Shown piece by piece: positions 21,635-31,637 of a DNA stretch of 64,000 nt; within the stretch, counting starts at the first letter, position 1; each line of letters opens with the position of its first letter. A model generated the notes under the pieces. That model did not search any database. It was not told the DNA's origin and saw only the letters and a list, made by a program, of their open reading frames with translations. Where the stretch lies: assembly GCA_963783575.1 (NCBI GenBank), contig CAWAOD010000009.1, positions 640,001 to 704,000 on the forward strand, given 5' to 3'. The translations under genes were made by a program, and so were the position numbers. This DNA is from an uncultured Spirochaetota bacterium (GTDB lineage Bacteria; Spirochaetota; Brevinematia; Brevinematales; JAOACQ01).

Positions 21635-23553
21635 GCGCTTCTGAAATCTATTAAGGTCTGCCGGTACGCGTCCGGTAAACCGATGTCAAACCGGCGGCCT
21701 TTTACTATATAACCTGTAAATCCTTCTTCCAGCCTCAGTTTATCAAGGCATGACGTAAGCTGAAATTCCCCGTTCTCACGGATATTATGGGTAATGTGCT
21801 CTTTAATATATTCAAAAATCTTCGGGGATAAAACATATTGACCGAATACCGTAAGATAAGTATTATCCTCCATACCTTCAACATGCAGGTGCTTTTTTGC
21901 ATATTCTACATCAGGCTTTTCGGAGAATTCAGTTATTGTAATTTCCGAATTTTCGTTGTTCCATATACCCGTTACACAGCCATAATGAAGTATCTCATCC
22001 TCCGGTGTGGCCCTTAAACCCAGTACGCTATGGCCGACTCTCTCATAAACGTCCATAATCTGGCGGGCGCAGGAATCATCAGTATCCGTAGAGTAAATAT
22101 GATCCCCGAGCATCAGGAGAAAAGGTTCGTTATCCGCCCAATCTTTAGTACAATAAACGGCATGCCCGAAACCGTCCTGGGATGTTTGCTCGATTAATGT
22201 GATATGATTACCTATTTCAAGAATGTAATCGCTGAATTTCTGATTTTCTTTTGAAAGCTTGTTGAAATTTTCTATCGTTGGTGGTGAGAAAAAGAACTCC
22301 TCAAAAATTCTTTTATCATCGGGCTGTATGATAATCCCGATTTCTTCTATACCTGCGCTTAGAGCTTCTTCAATAATTGTTAATATCGCGGGTTTTATCA
22401 TACCGTCACGGCCTATGACTGGAAACAGCTCCTTTTTCACTGCCTTTGAGGCCGGAAAGAGCCTTGTGCCGTATCCGGCAGCTGGAATAACGGCTTTCCT
22501 TACCCTTTTTCCTGTCTGCAGAACAAGTTTGAGACATGGTAATTTCAGGTCTTTTTCAATGATTTCTATCACTTTCTCCTGGCTTGCGGTATCTTTTGCA
22601 ATAAATTGAGCCGAACCGTCTCCCTGGGAACCAACACCCTTGCCGCCGAGAATAAAAGACTGCAGAGGGGCATAATTCAATACCCTGTGTAAAACAGGAG
22701 CCGCCAACTGCGAAGGGCATGCAGGCCCACAGTAATTGTCAAACCCTTCCTGGGCTTTTCTCATAAGAAGCCCTATCAAAGAGGCGTCGCCTGCCTCAAG
22801 AGCTTCTGCAGCGCTTTTTGTTATACCGGCGCTGATCGGCCCAAGATAGTTCTGCACGCCTTCCTGAATGCTGTTTTCTGCAAACGGGTAGCAGTGATTG
22901 AGCTTGCTTAATATTTCTTTTGTATCCTTGCTTGCACAAAGATCAACTATTACAAAATACAAATTATTTGGAACTTTTAATTCTTTAACATCAATCCTTT
23001 CTCCATCAAAAGTCATCAATATTGGGCGATTTCCGTAAGCGCATCCCTGATCCATCCTTCCGCATCTTGAAGGAGTGGTGATTTCTCCAAGATAAGCAAA
23101 TTCCATTTCACCCCTGGTTGTCATTTTCAAATCATAGATCCTGTTAAAGGCCCTAGCAACAAGGACAGAGATTGCGGCACTTGATGAAAGGCCTTTTTTT
23201 ATCGGCAGATCGGTAAATGTATTTTCAATTTCAAGCCCATGCACCCGATAATGGGTTAATACCTGATAGGCAACCCCGGCCGCATAGCTGAAATACCCGC
23301 CTTTCTCCGCTTCCTCAAGCAGTGTTTCAAGATTCATAGGAATCTCATAAGGACTTATACCTGAGCCTTCATTCAGGGTTGATTTTATGATTAATCTGGA
23401 CGGATGCGGCTTAACTTCGGCATGAATTCCCTGATTTGTACCGGATATTATGGTATAACCTTTTTCAAGCCCGGCATTGATACGCCGGTATCCTCCAGCC
23501 CAATCGGTATGCTCCCCGAATAAACATATGCGCCCGGGTACAAATAGTTTCAT
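21631..23553 (-). CDS. GHMP sugar kinase fused to a GalU-like nucleotidyltransferase
   Basis: PGRICLFGEHTDW, LPIKKGLSSSAA, GRMDQ, GGKGVGSQGDG; then KAVIPAAGYGTRLFPASKAVKKE, EKP, GEFQLT. Confidence 0.88.
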   Translation of the reverse strand: MKLFVPGRICLFGEHTDWAGGYRRINAGLEKGYTIISGTNQGIHAEVKPHPSRLIIKSTLNEGSGISPYEIPMNLETLLEEAEKGGYFSYAAGVAYQVLTHYRVHGLEIENTFTDLPIKKGLSSSAAISVLVARAFNRIYDLKMTTRGEMEFAYLGEITTPSRCGRMDQGCAYGNRPILMTFDGERIDVKELKVPNNLYFVIVDLCASKDTKEILSKLNHCYPFAENSIQEGVQNYLGPISAGITKSAAEALEAGDASLIGLLMRKAQEGFDNYCGPACPSQLAAPVLHRVLNYAPLQSFILGGKGVGSQGDGSAQFIAKDTASQEKVIEIIEKDLKLPCLKLVLQTGKRVRKAVIPAAGYGTRLFPASKAVKKELFPVIGRDGMIKPAILTIIEEALSAGIEEIGIIIQPDDKRIFEEFFFSPPTIENFNKLSKENQKFSDYILEIGNHITLIEQTSQDGFGHAVYCTKDWADNEPFLLMLGDHIYSTDTDDSCARQIMDVYERVGHSVLGLRATPEDEILHYGCVTGIWNNENSEITITEFSEKPDVEYAKKHLHVEGMEDNTYLTVFGQYVLSPKIFEYIKEHITHNIRENGEFQLTSCLDKLRLEEGFTGYIVKGRRFDIGLPDAYRQTLIDFRSA

Positions 23554-23711
23554 CGTTCGGCCTCCAGTTTATTTACTGGAATATTATATTATTTTGAATT
23601 GATTATGGCAAAATAAATTCATAACATCTCACGAATAAATCATTACGATAACGCTAGTGCGATAATTACAGAAAATAATACTTATAACAAATTGTCACAT
23701 AAATGGCCGGG

Positions 23712-24563
23712 TTAAAAGATTGTTATGTTGCTTATTTCATCCAGATAAAAATTACCGATCGGACTGTTCATTTTAATTACAAGCCGCCTGTCGGAGTCTT
23801 CCATCCAAAGCATTGTTTCTTTAATATAACTCTGCATGAGCTGGCTCAGAAAACTGTCGGCAATTACAATACTGAGCTTTAAAGTATTAAAAGTGCCTGA
23901 TTTTAAAGTGATTTTTTCCCTTCCCTCAACCCGGAAATAAATCGGCAGGGGTTCTTTTACTATCTCCGGTATTATAAAAGTGGCTAATCCCGGATTGGTA
24001 ATATCAAGGAACCGGACCCCGATGACCATCCCGGAACCAAGGTCTAGAATCGGATAATACTTCTTTATGGTAATTCTGCTTTTACTTGTCTGTACTTTAA
24101 ATCCATCCCATGTTTTTGATTCAATATTTACAATTGAGTGTTCATAGTCGGCAATCTTATCCTTAAATATTATTTTATTCTTATCCTTGTTGACTTCAAA
24201 AGTAATATTATTTTTATTTCCAATCCTGCTTTCATAGAGCGAGCCGTTGTCCAGTGAAATCAAAAATCTTGCTTTGTAATCGGAATATTGTTCGGGATAT
24301 CTTTCATTTTTTGAATAGTTTATGCCGTCATGGTAAATATATGCAAACTGGACATTATTTTCATTGGTTATTTTAATAATAAATTTAAATTCGGATATAT
24401 CTTCCCCTCCGGAAGCGATTTTATACCTGAGGACTTCACCATTCCGGATATCAAGTTTTGCATATGGTTTCATCGGGATATTTACTGGTTTTCCGGTCAT
24501 TGGATAGCAAAACGTGGAATTAATAATAAGTAATCCTGCTAAAAATAACTTTCTTAAAAACAT
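23712..24563 (-). CDS. Exported hypothetical protein (DUF3108-like C-terminus)
   Basis: Signal peptide; VEGREKITLKSGTFNTLKL..LWMEDSDRRLVIK; paralogue of 57330..58142. Confidence 0.75.
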   Translation of the reverse strand: MFLRKLFLAGLLIINSTFCYPMTGKPVNIPMKPYAKLDIRNGEVLRYKIASGGEDISEFKFIIKITNENNVQFAYIYHDGINYSKNERYPEQYSDYKARFLISLDNGSLYESRIGNKNNITFEVNKDKNKIIFKDKIADYEHSIVNIESKTWDGFKVQTSKSRITIKKYYPILDLGSGMVIGVRFLDITNPGLATFIIPEIVKEPLPIYFRVEGREKITLKSGTFNTLKLSIVIADSFLSQLMQSYIKETMLWMEDSDRRLVIKMNSPIGNFYLDEISNITIF

Positions 24564-24666
24564 ATTCTGCTCCTTTCAAAAATCAAAATCAATAATAATT
24601 TAGCATAAATCTTAAAAATGCAGAATAGGCCTTTGGTCCTTTTCGGACTGGGAATACAGTCCTTTT

Positions 24667-25578
24667 TTATTTTTTCCTGATTTGAAAGGAAAGCTCCATA
24701 CGGTTTTTTACATTGATTTTTTGATAAATATTGTAGATATGGTTCTTTACGGTTTTTATTGATATGAAAAGGGTTTCTCCGATTTCCCGGTTGGATTTTC
24801 CGGTCAATATCATACGGATTATTTCACATTCTTTTTCAGTGAGGTTATATTCTTTTATAAAACTTTCTTTTAAATCCAGGGAAGGGGAAGAGTCGGAATA
24901 ATTCTCCTGTAAATTTCTCCCATGAAGAAGTATAAGGACGCACCAGATAAAATAATAAAATGCATTAAGCCAGTAATGGAAGGAATCGGCTGCGCTGTAA
25001 CGGTAAAACCACAGGAAAAATTCCGTGTCTAATATGATAAAACAGCTGAAAACCAGTGACAATAAGGCAATATTCTTATTTTCCCTGATATTAATTTTCC
25101 TGTATGCCAGGAAAGTTATTATAATGCAATATAAAAGAATTAATATCGTTAAAATGTGCTGTATGATTACTGAATAATAAAGAATGTTATCTTTATTATT
25201 GATATTTAAAAAATACGGGATAATTTTTATAATTATTCCTATACCTGCGAAAACCGCTGACAACAGATTTGCTTTTTTCTTACCCGGTATGCCCAAAACC
25301 GAATGGAAAAGAAAAGGTAAAATAAAAATAATAATATAAGAGGCGTTCATGCTGAAATTATAAAGTACAGCCTCAAAGGAAGTTTGCTGAGTAATATTCA
25401 ATTTAACATAAAACAGGAGGCTGTTTAAAAATACCTTTATTCCAATGAAGGCAAAGAAAAAAATATAATACAGCCATAATCTGAAGCGGCTCTTATAATA
25501 AAAATAAACAGCAAAAAGGCAAGAACATATACAAATGACTAAAGTAAAATAAAAGAAGTACAAAACCAAATGTTTCAT
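24667..25578 (-). CDS. Multi-TM membrane protein with C-terminal LuxR HTH
   Basis: About seven TM helices; [39 protein letters not shown]. Confidence 0.88.
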   Translation of the reverse strand: MKHLVLYFFYFTLVICICSCLFAVYFYYKSRFRLWLYYIFFFAFIGIKVFLNSLLFYVKLNITQQTSFEAVLYNFSMNASYIIIFILPFLFHSVLGIPGKKKANLLSAVFAGIGIIIKIIPYFLNINNKDNILYYSVIIQHILTILILLYCIIITFLAYRKINIRENKNIALLSLVFSCFIILDTEFFLWFYRYSAADSFHYWLNAFYYFIWCVLILLHGRNLQENYSDSSPSLDLKESFIKEYNLTEKECEIIRMILTGKSNREIGETLFISIKTVKNHIYNIYQKINVKNRMELSFQIRKK

Positions 25579-25612
25579 AAACAAAACCCTGTTAATTATT
25601 ACTTAAATGAAT

Positions 25613-25630
25613 TCAAGCGGCACGCTTGTC
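25613..25630. repeat. Short palindromic repeat, copy 3
   Basis: TCAAGCGGCACGCTTGTC, abutting the reconstructed glcG-like stop codon. Confidence 0.75.
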
Positions 25631-26046
25631 AGAAAGTTGATTCGATCATTGTAACGGCCTTCCCGGCAAGTTCCATATCCTCGTTTTCCGGAAGCCCGCT
25701 AATGCCAAGAGCCCCCGATCACTTCCCCGTTATAACGGACAGGAACACCGCCGCCCCATGCAGTATAGCGGAGATTGCCGAAATTTGTCATTGGAAAGCC
25801 GTCGTTTTTTGAGGCTTCGCCGACCTCTTTCGAATCCTTGCGTTCGCGGGCTGCAGTAAATGCCTTATTCATCGCGACATAAATTGATGAAAAGGGACAG
25901 CCGTCTATTCTTAAAAAAGCAAGTAACTCTCCATGTGAGTCGGTCACAGCTATCGCGGCTTTCCTGTTTGACTTTTCCAGCTCACCCCTGATAAGGGCAA
26001 TGATTTTCATGGCATCATCATGAGAAAGGTTATTCGATTTAAACAT
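25629..26046 (-). pseudogene. GlcG/HbpS-family heme-binding protein, frameshifted in a G run
   Basis: AIAVTDSHGELLAFLRIDG..NKAFTAA..WGGGVPV. Removing one G at 25712-25716 restores VIGALGISGLPENEDMELA..TF*. Confidence 0.82.
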
Positions 26047-26238
26047 AAAAACCTCGATTTTTTGTAATTATAAAAAATAATTATATACCTATCAAGTTCA
26101 TTCATGTAATATGAAGGCTAACTCTCTGTTTTTTGTCCTTTTGCACTAATTACTTTTGAAAACGGTAAAATTATTCCTCTTTTTTTGGATGGTTTCTATT
26201 ATGACACGGAAAAAATGAAGCCTGTCTCTTGCAATTAA

Positions 26239-26529
26239 TTATCTGGATATTTTTGTACTTGTAAATTGAGGGCCTTTTTCGCTTTCTAATACATACCAAA
26301 AATAAACGGTATCGGTTCTTAAATCAATCATATTTTCTATTGTTTTTGGAATTTCATCCCATGTCATTATTGCTTCATTATAAGTAATTTCATAAACTGA
26401 TTCTGTTCTTTCTATTGCTTTAAGAGTTTCTCTTAAAAAGTCCCGAACAGTTTTTTGTTTATCTGAATCACTTATATCATAAGCTACTATTATATTGGAA
26501 AATCCAATATCTACAGTACTTATTGGCAT
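26239..26529 (-). CDS. Orphan Cas2-like (ferredoxin-fold) protein
   Basis: IIVAYDISD..TVRDFL..ESVYE..IENMIDLRTDTVYFW follows the Cas2 pattern hhhYDIsd..SVFE..iD..D.v.hy; GGAGG RBS. Confidence 0.65.
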   Translation of the reverse strand: MPISTVDIGFSNIIVAYDISDSDKQKTVRDFLRETLKAIERTESVYEITYNEAIMTWDEIPKTIENMIDLRTDTVYFWYVLESEKGPQFTSTKISR

Positions 26530-26718
26530 ATATTAAACCTCCTGAAAATTAGTAGTTAAATGTTTGTTTTATTAAATAAATTTTGTCTTTAAAAATTTTA
26601 AATGTTTTTTTTACGTGTTTCAAAATCTTCATATTTAAATTCATGATCTTCTTTAGTTATAATTAAATCATTTGTGAAAACATAAATAATTCTTCTTTTT
26701 TATTGTAGATTTAATAAT

Positions 26719-26901
26719 TTAATCAACTGGTTTTTGAATGGTATCTTCAGAAAAGTCACCTGAACATAATGCCCATGTTCCATCTGTTTTATTATAATTA
26801 AACCAGATACAAGTTGCTATACCGTTTACTAAAGAATCAATTGTCATTTTAGGGCCATAACTTTTCAATTGAATAACATCTCCGACTTTTAATGTTTCCA
26901 T
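26719..26901 (-). CDS. YodC/DUF2158-family small protein
   Basis: LKVGDVIQLKSYGPKMTI..CIWF; AAGGAG RBS. Confidence 0.8.
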   Translation of the reverse strand: METLKVGDVIQLKSYGPKMTIDSLVNGIATCIWFNYNKTDGTWALCSGDFSEDTIQKPVD

Positions 26902-27060
26902 TTTTTAAACTCCTTATTTATAATTCTATAAAAGTTTATCCTGTTTATATTTAATTGTCAATATTAACTCTTAAAAATATTATAAGTTCTTTCAGGTAAA
27001 ACATGACATAATTCATTTATTGTTATATAATTATGTATTATTGAATAATAGGAGAAATAT

Positions 27061-27750
27061 ATGCAGAAAAAAGAATTATCGTTACTTACACTTCAAAGTA
27101 AATTTGATTCAGTAATTAAATGTGAAAAGTATCTTTTTAAACAAAGATGGCCTGAAGGTTTTATTTGTCCTGCTTGTGGTAATAAAGATTATTATTTCAT
27201 AAAAACAAGAAAACAATATGAATGTTCTAAATGTCATCATCAAACTTCATTAATAGCAGGAACTATTATGCATGGTAGTAGAATATCATTGAAAAAATGG
27301 TTTTGGGCAATATATTTATCTTCCACTGATAAAGGCGGAATATCTGCAATGACATTAAAAAAGAGCATTTTAGTTTCTTATCCGACAGCTTGGTTAATGT
27401 TACATAAAATCAGAGAAGCTATGAAAGCAAGAGATGCTGAATATCAATTGGCTGGATTAATTGAAATTGATGATTCTTATTTTGACGGCAAAGATGAAGA
27501 TAATAAAAGAGAAAGAGGGTCAAAGAAAGCTAAAGTATTAGTGCAGGTTTCAACAACTAAATATTGTAATTTCTAATGCAAATACTTTTATAAAAGGAAC
27601 TTATCATGGAGCTTGTAATGAACACATTCAAAAATATTTTAATGAGCTTTGTTATAGATCTAATAAAAGATTTTGGGAAAGACAATTATTCAATAGACTT
27701 TTAACAGCTTGCACTGATTGTAATATAATTACTTATAAAGGTTTGATTAA
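27061..27750 (+). pseudogene. IS1595-family transposase remnant with internal deletion
   Basis: RWPEGFICPACG zinc ribbon, YPTAWLMLHKIR, IEIDDSY. The C-terminal piece ISNANTFIKGTYHG..YFNELCYRSNKRF follows in another frame from ~27560. Confidence 0.85.
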
Positions 27751-27763
27751 ATAAGGTATTTAT

Positions 27764-28027
27764 TTAAGAACAAGAAATAGAATTGAAATCTATATTATGA
27801 AATTTTTTAGGTAACATGTTTTTTAACAATAATTTATCGGCTTTTGAATAACCCATTATTTCAATTCCAACAATTCTATTAGTTTTCATTTCTTTCATAA
27901 TATAAATATCTAGTCCATTAAAATCTTTTTCAACAGAATAACAATCATTACATTTATCGATTAATATACCCAGAATATCGTATTCCGGGTTATAATTGCA
28001 TATATATTTGAAATTACTTCTTTTCAT
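27764..28027 (-). CDS. DUF2283-like small protein (putative antitoxin)
   Basis: YNPEYDILGI..T.RIVGIEIMGYSK pattern. Confidence 0.65.
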   Translation of the reverse strand: MKRSNFKYICNYNPEYDILGILIDKCNDCYSVEKDFNGLDIYIMKEMKTNRIVGIEIMGYSKADKLLLKNMLPKKFHNIDFNSISCS

Positions 28028-28343
28028 ATATTATTCCTTGGTTAATTTTTATTGCTTTTTTATCAATTATATGACTAGTAACAATATAACTTGGTTCACT
28101 TGTATAACTCATTTCAACTATTACTTTTATTCTATATTTACCATAATTATATAACATACCAAAATAATTTAATCTTGTATCATAATGTTCGTTAGGTAAT
28201 ACCAAGATTGGGTCTTCAATTGCTTGCTTTATCACATGAACTTTTGTTTCTAAATCTGGATGTCCAGGTAAAATATGCTCTTCCCACGTGCTTTTTTTAA
28301 GTCCAACTTGTTTATTAAATATATCGGTAGTTAAAAATATCAT
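28014..28343 (-). CDS. Hypothetical protein, putative DUF4258/BECR-like RNase toxin
   Basis: TWEEHILPGHPDL..IKQAIEDPILV..IKVIVE..YIVTSH; overlaps the DUF2283-like gene by 14 bp. Confidence 0.55.
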   Translation of the reverse strand: MIFLTTDIFNKQVGLKKSTWEEHILPGHPDLETKVHVIKQAIEDPILVLPNEHYDTRLNYFGMLYNYGKYRIKVIVEMSYTSEPSYIVTSHIIDKKAIKINQGIIYEKK

Positions 28344-28353
28344 AATAGTAATT

Positions 28354-28605
28354 TCACTTTATTTCTTTATCTATAACTTCTGGTTTTGGAGGTATTTTAA
28401 TTTCACCAAACTGCTTCTCATATGTAATTAAAGTTTCATTTAATACTTGATTTAATAATTTTGCATGTTGAGGACTCATAAAAATAATAGCTTCTGAAGT
28501 AACACTATTATCAATATTAATACCAATCTTCATTATTATATCTGTAAAACTTAATCCAACACTAACCGAATTAGTGTAATATATTTGTTTCTCGATAGCA
28601 TCCAT
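28354..28605 (-). CDS. DUF3467-like small protein
   Basis: YTNSVSV..DIIMKIG..IFMSPQHAKLL..L..YEKQFGEI; AGGAGG RBS. Confidence 0.7.
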   Translation of the reverse strand: MDAIEKQIYYTNSVSVGLSFTDIIMKIGINIDNSVTSEAIIFMSPQHAKLLNQVLNETLITYEKQFGEIKIPPKPEVIDKEIK

Positions 28606-28779
28606 AAATACCTCCTACGAGGTATACAGGATAACACGAAATAAAAATACTTTCAATACTTTTTCATTTTAAATTTAAACTAAATTTGTTTAATAATCAA
28701 ATTATATTTATAATACTCCTCTATTTATATATTCATAAAAATTCTACCTAAATGAACTTGATAGTCATAAATAATTCTT

Positions 28780-31611
28780 TTACATTTTACCACCCAGTTC
28801 AGTCAGATATTTCCTTAAAAACTCTCCGGTATAGGATTCGGTGTTTTTATATATTTCTTCCGGCGTACCCTCGAAGATAATCCTGCCACCCTTTTCACCG
28901 CCTTCGGGCCCCAGGTCAATGACCCAGTCAGCGACCTTGATTACGTCCATGTTGTGCTCGATTACAATTATTGTATTGCCTTTATCGACAAGTGTCTGAA
29001 GGACATGGATAAGCTTTTTCACATCGTCAAAATGGAGGCCGACTGTCGGCTCATCAAGGATATACAATGTTTTTCCGGTGCCGATTTTCGACAGCTCCTT
29101 GGCAAGTTTAATCCTCTGCGCCTCACCGCCGCTGAGTGTCGTCGCGGCCTGTCCGAGGTGGATATATCCGAGTCCGACATTTTTAAGAACCTCAACCTTT
29201 CTTTTGATATTCGGGATATGCTCAAAGAATATTAGAGCCTCGTCTACAGTCTGCTCAAGAACATCCGCGATGGATTTGCCTTTATATTTTATCTGGAGGG
29301 TTTCCTTATTATAACGTTTCCCTCCGCAGACATCACAGGTCAGGTAAACATCGGGAAGGAAGTGCATTTCCACTTTGATGAATCCATCGCCTTCGCAGGC
29401 CTCGCAGCGGCCGCCCTTGACGTTAAAGCTGAACCTTCCGGCTTTATATCCGCGCGCTCTCGCTTCGGGAAGCCCTGTAAACAGGTCCCTGATCTCTGTA
29501 AAAACCCCGGTGTATGTTGCGGGGTTCGATCTTGGAGTCCTTCCGATAGGGCTTTGATCGATATCTATGATCTTATCGATCAAAGATATGCCTTTGATTT
29601 CCTTATGTTTTCCTACGGGATATTTTGATCTGTAAAGCACCTTACTGACTGCATTGAATAATATATCATTGACAAGCGTTGATTTACCGGATCCGCTGAC
29701 GCCTGTAACGACAATAAACTCGCCCATCGGGAACTTAACATTTATATTCTTTAAATTATGCTCTTCCGCACCGGTCACCTCGATAAATTTCCCGTTTCCC
29801 GGACGCCTTGTTTCGGGGATTTCAACCCTCAGCTTACCTGAAAGATATTTTCCGGTCAATGAATTTTTGTTATTTTTGATGTCTTCAAAAGTGCCTTCCG
29901 CGACAAGTTTACCTCCGTAAATCCCGGCTCCAGGCCCGATGTCGATGATCCAGTCCGCGCGGCTGATAGTCTCTTCGTCATGCTCGACAACAAGCACGGT
30001 ATTGCCTGCATCCCTCAGTCTTTCAAGGGTATGGATCAGTTTATCCGTGTCCCTTGAATGAAGCCCGATTGTAGGTTCGTCAAGGACATAAAGTACTCCC
30101 ATCAATCCCGAACCGATCTGGGTCGCGAGCCTTATCCTCTGGAATTCACCGCCGGAAATGGTGCTAACCTTGCGGTCGAGCGTCAAATAATCGAGCCCGA
30201 CATCGATGATAAACTTAAGACGTTTATCTATTTCCTTTAAGATCCTTTCCGTTATCTTAATCTGGCTTGGATTAAGCCTGTCGCATAAATCCAGGAAAAA
30301 TTTAAATGATTCCCGGACATTCATCTTTGTAACTTCCATTATATTCCGGTTATCCACTTTTACGGCAAGGCTCGCTTTATTAAGCCTTTCTCCATGACAG
30401 ACCGGGCAGTCCACGGATTTCATATAGACTTCCAGCCATTCCCTCATTTCAGGAGACTGCGTCTCAAAATACCGGCGTTTGAGGTTTGGTATGACGCCTT
30501 CATACTGAGCCGTAGTATTAAAATTAAACTTTTCGCTTTCATAATGAATATCGATTTTTTCATCATCTCCATACATTATGATTTTCCTTATTCCCTGAGG
30601 CAATTCCTGATAAGGGGTATCAAGCGAGAATTTGTACTTTTTCGAAATCGCTTTTAAAAAAGACATCCAGTGAACCTGAGAGGGCGGATGGGAACGTAAG
30701 GCACCGTCATTTATGCTTTTATCGAAATGGACAAGAAGCTCCTCGTCGAATTCAAGCTTTTCTCCAAGTCCGCTGCATTCGGGGCATGCCCCGTAAGGAG
30801 CGTTGAAAGAAAACATTCTTGGTTCGATATCCTCAAAGCTGATATTGTCATCGGGACAAAAATACTTTTCGGAATATATCTTCTCCTCTTTCGAATCAAC
30901 ATTAAATATGCTTAAAAGACCGTCTCCGTAATGCAGCGCCGTTTCAACGGAATCAGCGATCCTTGCACGGTCTTTTTCTTCAAGCACAAGCCTGTCGACC
31001 ACAATATCGATTGTATGCTTTTTGTTCTTTTCAAGGTTTATTTCCGAATCAAGATCAAGCAGCTCACCGTCAACACGCACGCGCGCAAAACCCTCCTTCT
31101 TCAATTCCTCCAGAACATCAGCGTGCGTCCCCTTCCTTCCCCTTACTTTCGGCGAGATTATCAGGAACTTTGTTCCTTTTGGAATAGCCATGATCGAATC
31201 CATTATCTCATCAACTGTAGCCGAAGTGAGAACTTTTCCGCATACGGGACAGGTCGGCGTACCAACAGTTCCCCAAAGGAGCCTGAAATAATCGTAAATC
31301 TCCGTAACGGTTCCGACTATTGACCTTGGGTTTCCATGCACCCCCTGCTGCTGGATAGATATCGCGGGAGAAAGCCCTTCGATAAAATCCACATTTGGTT
31401 TGCGCATATCGCCCAAAAATTGTCTGGCATAAGTAGACAGGGACTCGAGGTACCTTCTTTCACCCTCGGCGTATATAGTATCGAAAGCAAGGGATGATTT
31501 ACCGCTTCCCGATACCCCTGTTATAACAACCAGTTTATTCCTTGGTATTTCAAGGCTGATGTTTTTTAAATTATGCTCTTTTGCGCCCTTTATAATGATT
31601 TTGTCATGCAT
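28780..31611 (-). CDS. uvrA: Excinuclease ABC subunit A
   Basis: GAKEHNLKN, two GVSGSGKS Walker A motifs, zinc fingers, LSGGEAQR. Confidence 0.97.
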   Translation of the reverse strand: MHDKIIIKGAKEHNLKNISLEIPRNKLVVITGVSGSGKSSLAFDTIYAEGERRYLESLSTYARQFLGDMRKPNVDFIEGLSPAISIQQQGVHGNPRSIVGTVTEIYDYFRLLWGTVGTPTCPVCGKVLTSATVDEIMDSIMAIPKGTKFLIISPKVRGRKGTHADVLEELKKEGFARVRVDGELLDLDSEINLEKNKKHTIDIVVDRLVLEEKDRARIADSVETALHYGDGLLSIFNVDSKEEKIYSEKYFCPDDNISFEDIEPRMFSFNAPYGACPECSGLGEKLEFDEELLVHFDKSINDGALRSHPPSQVHWMSFLKAISKKYKFSLDTPYQELPQGIRKIIMYGDDEKIDIHYESEKFNFNTTAQYEGVIPNLKRRYFETQSPEMREWLEVYMKSVDCPVCHGERLNKASLAVKVDNRNIMEVTKMNVRESFKFFLDLCDRLNPSQIKITERILKEIDKRLKFIIDVGLDYLTLDRKVSTISGGEFQRIRLATQIGSGLMGVLYVLDEPTIGLHSRDTDKLIHTLERLRDAGNTVLVVEHDEETISRADWIIDIGPGAGIYGGKLVAEGTFEDIKNNKNSLTGKYLSGKLRVEIPETRRPGNGKFIEVTGAEEHNLKNINVKFPMGEFIVVTGVSGSGKSTLVNDILFNAVSKVLYRSKYPVGKHKEIKGISLIDKIIDIDQSPIGRTPRSNPATYTGVFTEIRDLFTGLPEARARGYKAGRFSFNVKGGRCEACEGDGFIKVEMHFLPDVYLTCDVCGGKRYNKETLQIKYKGKSIADVLEQTVDEALIFFEHIPNIKRKVEVLKNVGLGYIHLGQAATTLSGGEAQRIKLAKELSKIGTGKTLYILDEPTVGLHFDDVKKLIHVLQTLVDKGNTIIVIEHNMDVIKVADWVIDLGPEGGEKGGRIIFEGTPEEIYKNTESYTGEFLRKYLTELGGKM

Positions 31612-31637
31612 CGTTAACTCCAGTGTCAAAATAATTT

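Noticed and set aside
25600..28780. CRISPR array or cas operon near the Cas2-like gene
   Set aside because: No regularly spaced direct repeats and no cas1 or effector ORFs were seen here or elsewhere in the window.
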